Below are positions 25,552 to 37,989 of a DNA stretch of 64,000 nt, one piece after another. Source of the stretch: Phoronis australis (lineage: Eukaryota; Animalia; Phoronida); assembly GCA_002633005.1 (NCBI GenBank), contig NMRA01000357.1, positions 76,048 to 140,047 of the forward strand, read 5' to 3'. The position numbers and the translations under genes were made by a program. Positions within the stretch are counted from its first letter, which is position 1, and the number at the start of each line of letters is the position of its first letter. A model generated the notes under the pieces. It had not been told where the DNA came from, did not search any database, and saw only the letters and a program-made list of their open reading frames with translations.

Positions 25552-26373
25552 NNNNNNNNNNNNNNNNNNNNNNNNNNNNNNNNNNNNNNNNNNNNNNNNN
25601 NNNNNNNNNNNNNNNNNNNNNNNNNNNNNNNNNNNNNNNNNNNNNNNNNNNNNNNNNNNNNNNNNNNNNNNNNNNNNNNNNNNNNNNNNNNNNNNNNNNN
25701 NNNNNNNNNNNNNNNNNNNNNNNNNNNNNNNNNNNNNNNNNNNNNNNNNNNNNNNNNNNNNNNNNNNNNNNNNNNNNNNNNNNNNNNNNNNNNNNNNNNN
25801 NNNNNNNNNNNNNNNNNNNNNNNNNNNNNNNNNNNNNNNNNNNNNNNNNNNNNNNNNNNNNNNNNNNNNNNNNNNNNNNNNNNNNNNNNNNNNNNNNNNN
25901 NNNNNNNNNNNNNNNNNNNNNNNNNNNNNNNNNNNNNNNNNNNNNNNNNNNNNNNNNNNNNNNNNNNNNNNNNNNNNNNNNNNNNNNNNNNNNNNNNNNN
26001 NNNNNNNNNNNNNNNNNNNNNNNNNNNNNNNNNNNNNNNNNNNNNNNNNNNNNNNNNNNNNNNNNNNNNNNNNNNNNNNNNNNNNNNNNNNNNNNNNNNN
26101 NNNNNNNNNNNNNNNNNNNNNNNNNNNNNNNNNNNNNNNNNNNNNNNNNNNNNNNNNNNNNNNNNNNNNNNNNNNNNNNNNNNNNNNNNNNNNNNNNNNN
26201 NNNNNNNNNNNNNNNNNNNNNNNNNNNNNNNNNNNNNNNNNNNNNNNNNNNNNNNNNNNNNNNNNNNNNNNNNNNNNNNNNNNNNNNNNNNNNNNNNNNN
26301 NNNNNNNNNNNNNNNNNNNNNNNNNNNNNNNNNNNNNNNNNNNNNNNNNNNNNNNNNNNNNNNNNNNNNNNNN
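25552..26373. other. Assembly gap (822 N)
   Basis: Run of N. Smaller gaps at 38020-38061 and 40908-40984; single N at 5804, 19823, 31901 and 37544. Confidence 1.
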
Positions 26374-27247
26374 TCTTTGGATTTTTGCTTGCTCCAAAAT
26401 ACTTTTCCTCAAACATTTATTTTTTCATTGTCTTATAAATTCTCACGTCATGAACATACTGCTGAAAAGCATTGCCTGTTGTTTTTGTTGAAGCGTTTGC
26501 GGATTGGTAAAAAAAGACTTATAGATTCCATCTGGATTGTCGTTCAGTGACAGTGTATTTGCCTCCAACATCTTGTTTGTTTGCCATGTGACTTTGCAAG
26601 GGGGTGGAGCTTGCAATAGGTCAATTCTGAAATGGGAATAACATAGTGTTTTTTCCATCCTCACTATTCAGATCGCTAGTTTTGAATTTAAGGTCCATTC
26701 TTCCCATTTTTTAGCCTGTCCTATCCATCGCAAGCTTCTTCCATCCAATTGTTAGCTTCATATTGTATAATAGAGTCTACACTTAGTCTTAGGTTTCATT
26801 GCAAAATTCATCTGTTTGTTCCATCATACAAGAATGAAAATTCCTGTATACAAACTTGCCATCTGTTAGTTACATCTTAGAAGAAGGGAAATTCATGTAC
26901 TATCATACAAACTTGATATTTGTTAGTTACATCTTACAAGAATGAAAATTCCTGTGTACAAACTTGCTATCTGTTAGATCCATATAGTGGTATAATCTCA
27001 AAAACCTAAACAATTGGTCTTCTCCGGAAATGTAGATATAGATAAAAATAATTCCTTTTTGATCTGTGGTTTTAATCATCCGACAAATCCGACGCCATAT
27101 GTGATGGCAGTGGCATGCGTTATTTTTTGGTGAGGACAGACACATCAATCGGAGCTTAGAACTTGTTCAACTTTCATTGTTATCCGTAGCTCGAAATTAG
27201 GTAATTCATATTGGATGTAAAGGCAGTTTTATTTTTGTTTGTTTAAG

Positions 27248-28906
27248 GTAACATCCGAGGATGACGTGGGCAATGCAGTACAGTTGGCACAGAAGAAGTT
27301 TGGTAGTCTTGATCTCGCTGTGAGTTGTGCAGGCATTGGTGTCGCTTTTAAAATCTACAATCACAATAAAGACCGACTCCATTCATTGGAAGACTTTGCC
27401 AAAGTTCAAAATGTAAGTGAAACTTTTCTTCGATGGAATTTTTCTCCTGAAGTTCTTCAGTTTAGTCACAAGAAAGTGTTCTAGACATTGTTTTGTTTAA
27501 GAGTCTGTAGCGAATGGGTTTTTTCTGGTCGTTGTTTTGTAGATTGCTCTTAATTGTACCAAGTGTGGAATTATGAAGGATTTGTGCACACTTTCAGTCC
27601 TCATTCAGTTGAATGTAACGTCTACCATTGATCAACAGTTGATGTTTTCTACTTTCGTGCACATTCACTCATACTACCACTCTTCTCGGGACATATGGAT
27701 ATACCAAGGTTTTGAGCAGGTATCCTGTAAATGTATAATTTATGTAAATCTTGAACCAGCGTGTGAAATATAGATGCCACCTGTGGCGTGCAGAGCAGGC
27801 TCAAAATGTTTGTGGTATCACTAACAGGTATTCAATAAAGCTTGCTGCGTACGAAATCAATGATGTTTGAATTCATTTCTTCTCCCTCACTTTCTACCTC
27901 TGCACAGGTGAATGTCACTGGTACGTTTAACGTGATGAGGCTCGCGGCGCAAGCCATGAACAAGAACGTTCCTGATGCCAACGGGCAACGAGGAGTCCTC
28001 ATCAACACGGCTAGCGTTGCTGCATTTGATGGCCAGCAGGGACAGGTGGCCTACTCCGCCAGTAAAGGAGGCATTGTTGCCATGACGTTACCTGTGGCCA
28101 GAGATCTAGCTGTTATGGGCGTCAGGGTGTGCACGATTGCTCCAGGTGAGTTTTAATGTGCTGATGATGGAATGCTGTAAAGTTCTATTGATAAACACCC
28201 CGCTACTTCATATATGAGCTCATATACAATGTCTGGAATTGTGTCTACGCATTCTGTGTGCTGTGCATGGCTTTGTACGGGATTTTTAATTCAGTATCGT
28301 GTGGAAACACCTGGCAGTGTGTACTCACTGGGAGTAGTCGGACGTAACAGTCTTTATAAGCAAGATGTAGGAGTCTGACAGTGAGTGACTGAACAAGAAC
28401 GAGGAATGTTCACATGGGTAATAACATAAAAAATGTTAATAGTGACAGCATTGAGTGATTATGATGTTGATCACCATGACGACGGTGGGAGCAGTTCTCA
28501 TAGTGATGATGATGTTGATGACTGTGACAAGAAGTGAGGTAACACACTGACAATAAACAGCATGTTACAAATGACAAAAGAAATGACAGTGGATTCGGCA
28601 TTATATTGTAAATTTTTTTGTGTTGAAATGGATGTCAAGTGATAGCTCACGCCAGGTTAAAATCTGACGTGTATATTTAACCAACTGTGACCTGTAACGA
28701 TCTCTTGCCCTCTAGGGTTGTTTGACACCCCCTTGCTTGCCTCGCTGCCAGAAAAGGTGAGAACGTACTTGGCATCAACTATACCGTTTCCACCGCGACT
28801 AGCAAACCCAGATGAATTTGCCCATCTAGCGCAGTGTATCTTCGAGAACCCCATGCTCAATGGTGAGGTGATACGATTGGACGGAGCCTTGAGGATGATG
28901 CCATGA
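27248..28906 (+). CDS. HSD17B10: Partial second copy of HSD17B10 (exons 3-5 only), probably an alternate haplotype
   Basis: Exons 27248-27412, 27908-28145, 28716-28906. Protein identical except NALQ to NAVQ. Begins just after an 822-N gap; exons 1-2 are absent. Confidence 0.8.
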
Positions 28907-30774
28907 GGGGATTGCTGGCAACCTAAGACTAACTGTAATCATGTTTGAGATTGCTGTTAAAACAGCTATCTATTATGTAATTTTATGAAATTGTTTTTGG
29001 TACTCTCATGGAATTGGTAGTGTGTCTGCAACTGGTGAGGTATGCAGCAGAAAATTTGTTTTAAGTTCTGGTACCTTTCAACATTTTCAAAATTCAATGA
29101 ATGTGAAGAGGCACGTACTGGATGTGATAATATTTTGATAGACATTCTTATGTTTCAACTTCTCACTGATATTTTTCAGATGATCAAGTACAATGCAATT
29201 ATTAATAATAAATGTGTTTAAACACGAACGGCATTGTTTTTGAAGCAAGTTTTCACCAGTTTTGTTAGTAAGTAATGCATTATCAAGATTCACGGTGTAG
29301 TGACTAATCTTGGGATTGCATGTAAAACAAAAAATGTACATACAAAAACAGTACTTTGTATGTAGTGAAACTGCTTATAGTTAGACACACACATGGACAT
29401 GTGGACAACTAGAATAAAACCAAGTGTCATCTTTAACATTTTCCTGGAATCTTGGCTTAATTTATGAGCAAAGCTTTGATGTTGATCCCTGTTCAGCTTA
29501 ACATTAAAGCATAGAACTTTAACCCTGGAATGCCAACATCCGTAGGTGACCTATGTATTCCAGTATTAGAGCTTGGGACCCAAGACTAGCCACGAGAGTT
29601 TGCACTGAGAATTTCCTGTCGACTGATCGAGTTTTGATTGAGAATTGTAGTTATAAAATCAAGCCCAAGGATCATTTTTATTTTTTTTTAATTGTTCGTC
29701 AAGCGAGACTCTTGAAGTGCGTTCCATACAATTAGCCGTTTCTCGGCAAAATTAGTCAACAAAACCGACAATTACAGTGACTATTCTTTATAAGCACCGA
29801 CCTGTGGCCTTGGGTGGATGCTGGGAGTAGTTTGACCTCAGATGTCTTTGCAACTTCAGTCGTAGAACCACTTTCCACAACCTATCGTACTAGGTGCTAG
29901 GAGTTTTTCAACAATCATTTTTGGTTTGTTGAAGTCTTGTTACAGTATTTTACCAAAAGAAGTTACATTTGGCCTAAATGAAACGTTTAGGCCCTGTAAA
30001 ACAGTTGTGTTTACTAAGTAACTCGAAAATTGATAAATGTTCCGCTTTTTACCACGGGGCCAAATTTACATTATCATTTGTCTCATACGTATTTAATCGG
30101 TCCAGTGCAATACGGCCATGTGATGCGTCTCCATTTCGACAACAAACGCTGACGGTACGGTGCGTCTGTGTGTTGCAGCGACGGAACTTTTCACCCTCGC
30201 CTTTTGGCTTGGATCCAGATGTCCCGATTTTTATCCGAAGTCCCGCTGTTCAATACAGTTGTTCGTTTTTTCGTTCTTGAACGTTGACCTTGGCAACTAT
30301 GCAACAGGTGTTCAAAATGGCATTGTCTTATATGCAATGTTATTTTGCAGAAGCCACTTTCTTTAGTAACATAATCGTAAAATGTGTTCCAATGTCTCAT
30401 GTTTACGGTAACTTTATGTATCAGAATCAATAACTTTCACTTTCTGAAGAAAGAGTTAATCATTCCTAATCTTTCACGGACATTCCCACACTTTGCAACC
30501 ACTTGTGATGAGCTATCCCGGCACAGCACATTTCAACGTTATGTTTGCCCATTTTTCATCTATCAGAAAACATTTTTTGCAAAATTTCGGACTGGTACTT
30601 AGAGTAGTAGACTGGTGCTGCTGCGACCGAGAAGTTACTCCAATCCAAGTCAGTCAGAGCTGTTTTGCGATCTCCATATCAAGGACAACCTCTCCTGTAA
30701 AATAGCCAATACCTTGTCAGATGCCGACGACGTTAAATCCGACTTCACGATTAAACCTCGCAACATGATTACAA

Positions 30775-30880
30775 CACAGGCGTCCTCAGCTTCTGATCGT
30801 CCCCAATACACTACATATAATACTATACATAGTATTATATGTAGTGTATTTGGGACGATCAGAAGCTGAGGACGCCTGTG
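30775..30880. mobile_element. 106-bp foldback MITE with 8-bp target-site duplication
   Basis: 52-bp arms with one mismatch and a 2-nt loop; GATTACAA at 30767-30774 and 30881-30888. Confidence 0.85.
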
Positions 30881-31200
30881 GATTACAACATCATACCAGC
30901 GCAGGATCTACCACCAGTTATCGTTGGGTCAACGTGTGAACCATTCAGATCCAGCAAGGTCCGTAGCCTATATGGGCCGAACCCGCACGGTACGTTGTGT
31001 AATCGCCTCAGGGACACTAACTACGCCGGAACCGAATTCAACTGTCCCACGAAGCTCTTCAAATTTTTGTTCCGACAAAGCAGTGTGCTCAATCGCCATC
31101 TTAAGTCGAAGACAGTGCGCCAGTGTAGGCCTTTGTGAAGTTCACCAAATGAAGATAGTGGAAAACAAGTAAGAAGACCGTCACGTTACGCAGGATACAT

Positions 31201-32584
31201 AAAACGTTCTTGGACTTAGGTCTCATTTGCATAGTGCAGCGATTTTCCCTCTTATTCTTAGTTACAGTGCTATTATGTTGTGTGTTCTCATCACCCCTTC
31301 AGTATCTTTGTTTTTTTAAAACGAGCGACAGGGGGGTGTACGTGGTGCGATAAAAGTTTGAGAGGGAAGAAATAAATTGTTCCTCACCTAACACTAGAGC
31401 TGTGACCTGCTGAAACTTGTTACTAGAGCTTTGACCTGCTGACACAAGTCACTAGAACTTTGACCTGCTGACATTTGTCACTAGAGCTTTGACCCGCGGA
31501 CAATTGTCACTTGAGCTTTGACCCGGCCGCTGACACAAGTCACTAGAGCTTTGATCTGCTGACATTTGTGACTAGACCTTTAACCAGCTGACACTTGTCA
31601 CTAGACCTTAGACCCGCTGACATTTGTCACTAGAGCTTTGACCTGCGGACACCTGCTGACTCTTGCCACTAGACCTTTGACCTGCTGACACTTGTCACTA
31701 GAGCTTTGACCTGTTGACATTTGTAACTAGAGCTTGGACTTGCCACTAGATCTTTGACCTGTTGACACTTATAACTAGAGTTTTGACCTGCTGACACTTG
31801 TCACTAGACCTTTGACCTGCTGACACTTGCCACTAGACCTTTGACCTCCTGACATTTGTCTCTTGATTAACTTTGACCTACTGACATTTGCTCAACACCT
31901 NAAACGTTCTTTGACTTAGGTCTCATTTGCATAGTGCAGCGATTTTCCCTCTTATTATTAATTTACTAGCCGTGTTACAGTGCTATTATGTTGTGTGTTC
32001 TCATCACCCCTTCAGTATCTTTGTTTTTAACGCTCGAGCGACGGGGGGGTGTACGTGGTGCGATAAAAGTTTGAGAGGGAAGAAATAAATTGTTCCTCAC
32101 CTAACACTAGAGCTTTGACCTGCTGACAGTTGCCATTAGAGCTTTAATTGACCTGCTGACATTTCTCACCAGAGCTTTGGCCTGCTGACACAAGTCACTA
32201 GAGCTTTGATCTGCTGACATTTGTGACTAGACCTTTAACCAGCTGACACTTGTCACTAGACCTTAGACCCGCTGACATTTGTCACTAGAGCTTTGACCTG
32301 CTGACAATTGTAACTAGAGCTTTGACCTGCGGACACCTGCTGACTCTTGCCACTAGACCTTTGACCTGCTGACACTTGTCACTAGAGCTTTGACCTGTTG
32401 ACATTTGTAACTAGAGCTTGGACTTGCCACTAGATCTTTGACCTGTTGACACTTATAACTAGAGTTTTGACCTGCTGACACTTGTCACTAGACCTTTGAC
32501 CTGCTGACACTTGCCACTAGACCTTTGACCTCCTGACATTTGTCTCTTGATTAACTTTGACCTACTGACATTTGCTCAACACCT
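31201..32584. repeat. About 0.7 kb tandem duplication joined at a single N (31901), each copy holding a degenerate 29-bp satellite
   Basis: Unit CACTAGAGCTTTGACCTGCTGACACTTGT at 31393-31890 and 32106-32575; unique flanks also duplicated. Confidence 0.9.
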
Positions 32585-32990
32585 TATTTCCAGTATTTGT
32601 ACATGTCATTCAGTTTTTGCGTGAGGTGATGAATAATGATTGAAGCTCTTATTGGCCAGTAATAATAGATGAGATTTTCCCTATTCATTGGTTGGCACAT
32701 ATTGGAATACATGTTATCTTTCACAATGTGCATGTTGCCTTCAAAACTAAGGACCCAACAAATCAGTTGTACCCTATTTGAAATGAACTAATCTGGCGCA
32801 GCCGATTTTTCGTGCAAGTTCATTGTAATTTGCTGGCACTATCGAATTTTCGAATTTGCTGAAAACACTGAAAGACATCATGACCGAATGTAACTACTCT
32901 CGAAATGATCATCGGAAGCACCTGAGGTGTTCTGGATGGTCATGTAAATAGAGATTCACTAATTGGTGTAGAAACATCTGACTGTAACAC

Positions 32991-33133
32991 CACATACACG
33001 CGCACACACACACGCGCACACACACACGCGCACACACACACACGCGCACACACACGCGCACACACACACGCGCGCGCGCACGCACGCAAACACACACGCG
33101 CGCGCGCACGCAAACACACACACACACACACAC
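32991..33133. repeat. Mixed (CA)n/(CG)n microsatellite
   Basis: About 140 bp of almost unbroken purine-pyrimidine alternation. Confidence 0.95.
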
Positions 33134-33490
33134 AGAGCGCCAAGAAGATACAAGCTTCCGATCAGCTACAAGAGTGAACTTGTTAAAATGTCGCGACTTT
33201 GATTCGACAGCAGTGCAATATTTCAATGAAGTTTAGGCTCAAGTCGGTAAGCCCCGCGGCCGGCTAATTACAATAATGTATATCTGGTTTGAACTAATAA
33301 TTAAAAGAGCTGAACGAAAGAGGAGGCAAGAGGCGGCGGGATAGCGTGACACGGTTATCGTCCATCCCGTGCTCACCCCAGTCCTTTTATATGTACATCA
33401 CGTACCCAGTCCGGCCATATCACTCTGCTATATACACCAGAGCGTATAGTGAGTAACAATATTACTGAGACGTTGTGTACACAGATATAC

Positions 33491-33803
33491 AATCATGGGC
33501 GGTGCAGCATTAAGTGGGGGGCTAAATTCTCCCAGCCCCCATGTGGTACACTGCCTGTAGACCCTGGGCGGCGGAGCACTGAAAAGTGGTGGGCTATAGA
33601 TCCCCCCTACCAACCCCCTATGGTGAAGCTTTGATGATGACGTACCATTAATGGGCGGAGCATGCACTGAAAAAAGTGGTGGGCTAAACCCCCCAGCCCC
33701 TCCTGTAGTGCAACGCCTATAGACCGTCAGCGGCGCGCAGCACTGAAAAAAGTGGGGGGAGGGCTTTAGCCCCCAGACCCCTATGGTGCGCCGCCCAATG
33801 ATT
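33491..33803. mobile_element. MITE-like element with inverted ends and three internal subrepeats
   Basis: AATCATGGGCGGTGCAGCAT ... ATGGTGCGCCGCCCAATGATT; internal GCACTGAAAA(AA)GTGG three times. Confidence 0.6.
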
Positions 33804-33924
33804 AATGGGGTTTGTTAGATCTTCGTCACACACTTCTTACTCAACTTCACGTAACACCGAGATAGACACAAAGTGTAGCGTATGTATTTTAAACGCAAGA
33901 TGTCTCGATTTGTTATACAGTGAA

Positions 33925-33930
33925 TTTATT
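33925..33930 (-). terminator. Likely polyadenylation signal of the defensin gene
   Basis: AATAAA on the minus strand, 60 nt downstream of the TAA. Confidence 0.6.
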
Positions 33931-33989
33931 TCATTTCATTTCATTTTGTGACAGTAACTTCAACTACTGTTAAGCAGCCGACTGCGGGG

Positions 33990-34917
33990 TTACTGGGACG
34001 GCTTCAGGCAAATTCGTTTGCTGACCGGCGAACATTTGCAGGATATAGCGTCGCTGGGTTTGTCACATTTCATCCCTGGTAGAGGGCCCAAAGGCGATGT
34101 TGAGTTGGAGTCCAGGCTTACCACTTGTATTAGGTTACGATAGCAGTCGCAGCGGAACCACAGAGTGCAAGCATTGCAGTAGCCCCCCTGGAACCCACTC
34201 CTCTTGCAATGGGCGTCACAGATTCGTTCGTCACTTCTGAACGGGCCCCGGCATCCAAATCCACCGGTCACAATGTGGACCACTAAACAACGGGAGAGAA
34301 AAGTGAAGAAATCACACATAACAAACACACCATTGAACTTAAGCGTGAGAAAACTCTTACGCTAACATTTGGGGGTTTTGTTACCTCAACGCCTAAGCCA
34401 AACTGAGTAACCTGTCGACTGAAGTCAATGAATCACAAATTAATAGGCCTACTCGTGCATTAGCAGCAGTGCTGAAGAATTAAACCTGTTCGCTAATTAA
34501 AAATTGATGGCCCTCTTGGGAAGCAGTGCTATCACTGAAGAGGTCACGGCTCATTTTAAATGTCTCAATAAATAAAGAAAAATAAACAAAGAAATTTAAA
34601 TGGGGCGATTTTCATAAATGCATTCTGTGGTCATAACTGTAGATATTTTCTACAATTACAATTTTTGTTTTGCATATATGTTCTCAGTGTAACTACAGCT
34701 CATATGTTGTGTCAAAAAGCACAATCAATGAAGTCTGAATTAAAAACTTGTACACATCGCACAATTTTCTTACTTTGCTTGGAATTGCCACAAATCTATT
34801 TCAAGTAATATCTTTGTCAGTTGTTGCACAATTAGATAGTAATAACTTCGTGGTGCATTATCCGATATTACCTTGCAACAGAATGATGCAAACGTAGAGT
34901 GCTTTCGGTGACAACAT
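33990..34917 (-). CDS. Secreted invertebrate CS-alpha/beta defensin precursor with C-terminal cysteine-rich extension, 112 aa
   Basis: Exons 34917-34872 and 34282-33990, joined by a phase-1 GT-AG intron. They give signal peptide MLSPKALYVCIILLQVVHIVTG, then GFGCRGPFRSDERICDAHCKRSGFQGGYCNACTLWFRCDCYRN (GFGC start, CxxxC, GYC, CxC), then a 47-aa tail. AATAAA lies 60 nt after the stop. Confidence 0.9.
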
Positions 34918-37900
34918 CTTTGTTCAAAGAACACCTTGACAGCGCGTCTTCTTGAAAACAAATAAAAGGTGTTGTTTTCAGCGGAAAACTTTTAGACCAG
35001 TTTAAGCGATTTAATGGGGTATTTTTCACGGGCTTCAGGTATGTGGTGCTGGTAAACATGACATAAATCATCGAAAAATTACGCTCGAAGAAAAGAAAAT
35101 TATTGGGTCATTCAACGATATCGCCACCTCATTGAATTACAAAAAAAAATCGTGTTGTTTTGGGTGGGTTCATGCATCTGGCATAGTTTGGGAGGTCACA
35201 TCGTTTGCAACATTAATGACAAGAGTGACCTATTCAGCTCAAATAGTGTATGCCGTGAGATTGCACTTTGTCAATTTTTTTAACAGAAACAAGGTTGACA
35301 CTCTAGTCAGTTTCTGTGTGTGTTTGGTATCACAAGACAACAAGGTAGAATACATATAATTATTTTATTCATAAAGCAATGGTGAAGACCTACCGCACGC
35401 GTGACCTAGCTGTCCTGATCGTCACCAAGGTCTATCTGCGTGGTGCAGGGCAGTAGGAAGCGATAGGCCAGGGATTGGGCAATGATTTGCAGGCGTCTGG
35501 GTTCATCGTGGCAAACAAACATATAGGCGTGGGGTAGGGGGCAGTCGGGAAAACAGACAGCAAAACAACTGGTGAAGAGAAAATTCACAACAACACTCAA
35601 CCAGTGCTGTGCTTGATTTACTCTTTGGGGGCCCTGGCAAGGATATTGTTGTTATAGGCGGCCCCATTTTTGTAGCACAGATCGTCTATCCGCACTTGAA
35701 AACGCTCAGGTGAGTATTCACACATGTATTTCGAAAACGCCAAGAAAATTTTAAACGCACCCGGCCCCTTTTACACATCACCTGTAATTCACTGGGATTT
35801 CGCAGAGACCCCTCTCTGGCGAGTTTATAACCATAAAATGGCACAACATTTTTTCTCGTAAAATCATAATAGAAGCATTTCTTTTAAAGATCATCGTAAC
35901 TAGCAATTGCGACTTGGTGACTTTTGGTTTCCAATGGTATTGTGTAATAGAATTTCGTTCTGGTCAAAATCGTCAATCGTTTGTCTACCATTTCCGTCCA
36001 CACAGAGCACGTGACGGCTTACACTAAAAACCCACTTTGAAAACCAGCCTCCCGTTCAGTAACGCTAGGACCTCGCTAAAAAGCAAGACTTCGCGAGAAT
36101 ACGTGAGATTTTGCCGTGTATTTTGAATACGAACACGTGACTTTGACTAGGTTTTAGCTAGGTCCTAGCGTAGGTCCTAGCGTCTACTGAACGCACGCCA
36201 GGTGTAGGCCTAACCGACCAGTAAACAAGGGCATAGAATCTGACCTCGGCGTTGTACTGAAGTGTTACTACATTTTTAGTTCACCCTGTGTATCATATCT
36301 ACACAGCCATCAGTACAGAAACTGACCTGGCAGTGTTTTATCGGAAGAGATTTTCAAACACTGCGCCAAAAAGGCAGTGTATCATGCGCGGGTACCCCGA
36401 AACCTGTACTTTCAAAGAATCTTCAAAGCATCGATCCAAATTAAATGAACTTTTTCCTGGCCCGGGACCATAATGAAATTAACCTTAACCTTTAGGGGCA
36501 TCGCAAGTGTCTGTAGGTACGAACTAACAGCTGACTGAGCTCAGTAATCAGACCAGCGGCCATAGCTTATAGTTTGTCCAACGATCATTTTTGCATTCAG
36601 CGCCACGCGAGCTTTCAGCTCATGCTATCATTTTAAATCTAATGTACTTACCAGTGGTAGCTACCATTCACCGACTGAAACCATGATCGAGAATCGCGAT
36701 TGCAGGGATCCGTTTTACGGGTGGTAGGTTCTTTCGTATCTTAGATTTGCGGTAATCAGTTCATCAACATGCTTTATGAAGATGGTCGTTGACATAGTGA
36801 TTTTTCGCTATCAGCGGTTTTCATTGCTGCCTCATCAGCATGCAGACACAGAACGCGGCAAATTTGCCGCAAAAACAATAATGCTATGAACAAGAGACAA
36901 AAAGTCAATGCACCAATTCATGACAGCGTTTCCCGCTCAGTGACTTTACCAGACGAAGGGGGTTCTGAGCGTGTGATAACATCTAGCTTTGTTAACTGCC
37001 AAGCAAAGTCTTTTGTCTGTTATGACAACAGGCAGGCTAATTATCTACCAGGCTTATTACAGACCACGTCGTGAACACCGTCAAACTCAGAGCGAATTGG
37101 TTCAGAAAGAATAGATTATAGTAACTTCGGTTGCAGTTGGGGGACTTTGGTGATTCAAAAACTAAACATGATCACCATTAGACGAGGATTTCAGAAATAC
37201 TATTGGTTTATGTTCAAATATGTTATAACTTAACTTTTATTTTTAACAGCACAGCCCAGTCAGGCTAGATACGATCTTTTTGAAGATTAGAGCAATTATC
37301 GAACAAAAGAGAGCTGGCCCTCCAACCATAAACGGCCAGAAGGGAGTTAATGAGTCGTGTAAGATATTGGCTACAGGGATAAACTTCTAAACTTGTTGTT
37401 GGGCTATAGAATCGAACAAGTTGGGAGCAACGGGAAAACGCCGTAATGTGGGCCGGCGAACCACAACAGTAAAAATTAAAAATTTACAGCGCCAAATGCG
37501 CGGGTCCGTGGTCCAAAATGAACTTCGGCCGGCAGTGGAATTAANTTCAAGAAACGAATAAATTACCTGGTTAAGGCGAACTTCTCTTCTTCGGAGCAGT
37601 ACCGGAAACAGCTGATTAGTTGCCGAAAGGTCAAACCGCACAGCATTATGGGCAACATTCGTTTGTTTTGATCACGCAGATTTTAAGAAAATAAAAAATA
37701 AAAGAAAAAATATGTACAGGCAGCAGATCGACCCCATACTTACGAAAAGTTCTAATTAAGTGTCAGAGAGTATGTTTCAATGGTTTTTATGCAGATTCAC
37801 GATGTTTTTAAAACGTCTACAAACGGATCATATGACTTTAATCGGCACCGCGGGCACAACTGTGATGAATTTTGCCGCGCCATGCACCGATGTACACGAC

Positions 37901-37989
37901 AGTCTGAGCCACGGTCGTTGCCGCAGCGACAACTTATGCAAGGTCCCAAGCTTGCGAAATTAAGCGCCCAGTCGTCAGTTCCCATAAGT

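Larger units (their letters stand above)
20744..30683. repeat. About 4.5 kb duplication (20744-25419 / 26374-30683) on either side of the N gap 25552-26373
   Basis: Colinear copies with SNPs and small indels through introns, exons and the 3' flank. Confidence 0.93.

Noticed and set aside
25379-26491. Long ORFs of 320-370 aa in the ORF track
   Set aside because: They are read through the N gap.
34283-34328. N-terminus MFVMCDFFTFLSRCL of the listed defensin ORF
   Set aside because: This is intron polypyrimidine tract; the real signal peptide comes from the exon at 34917-34872.
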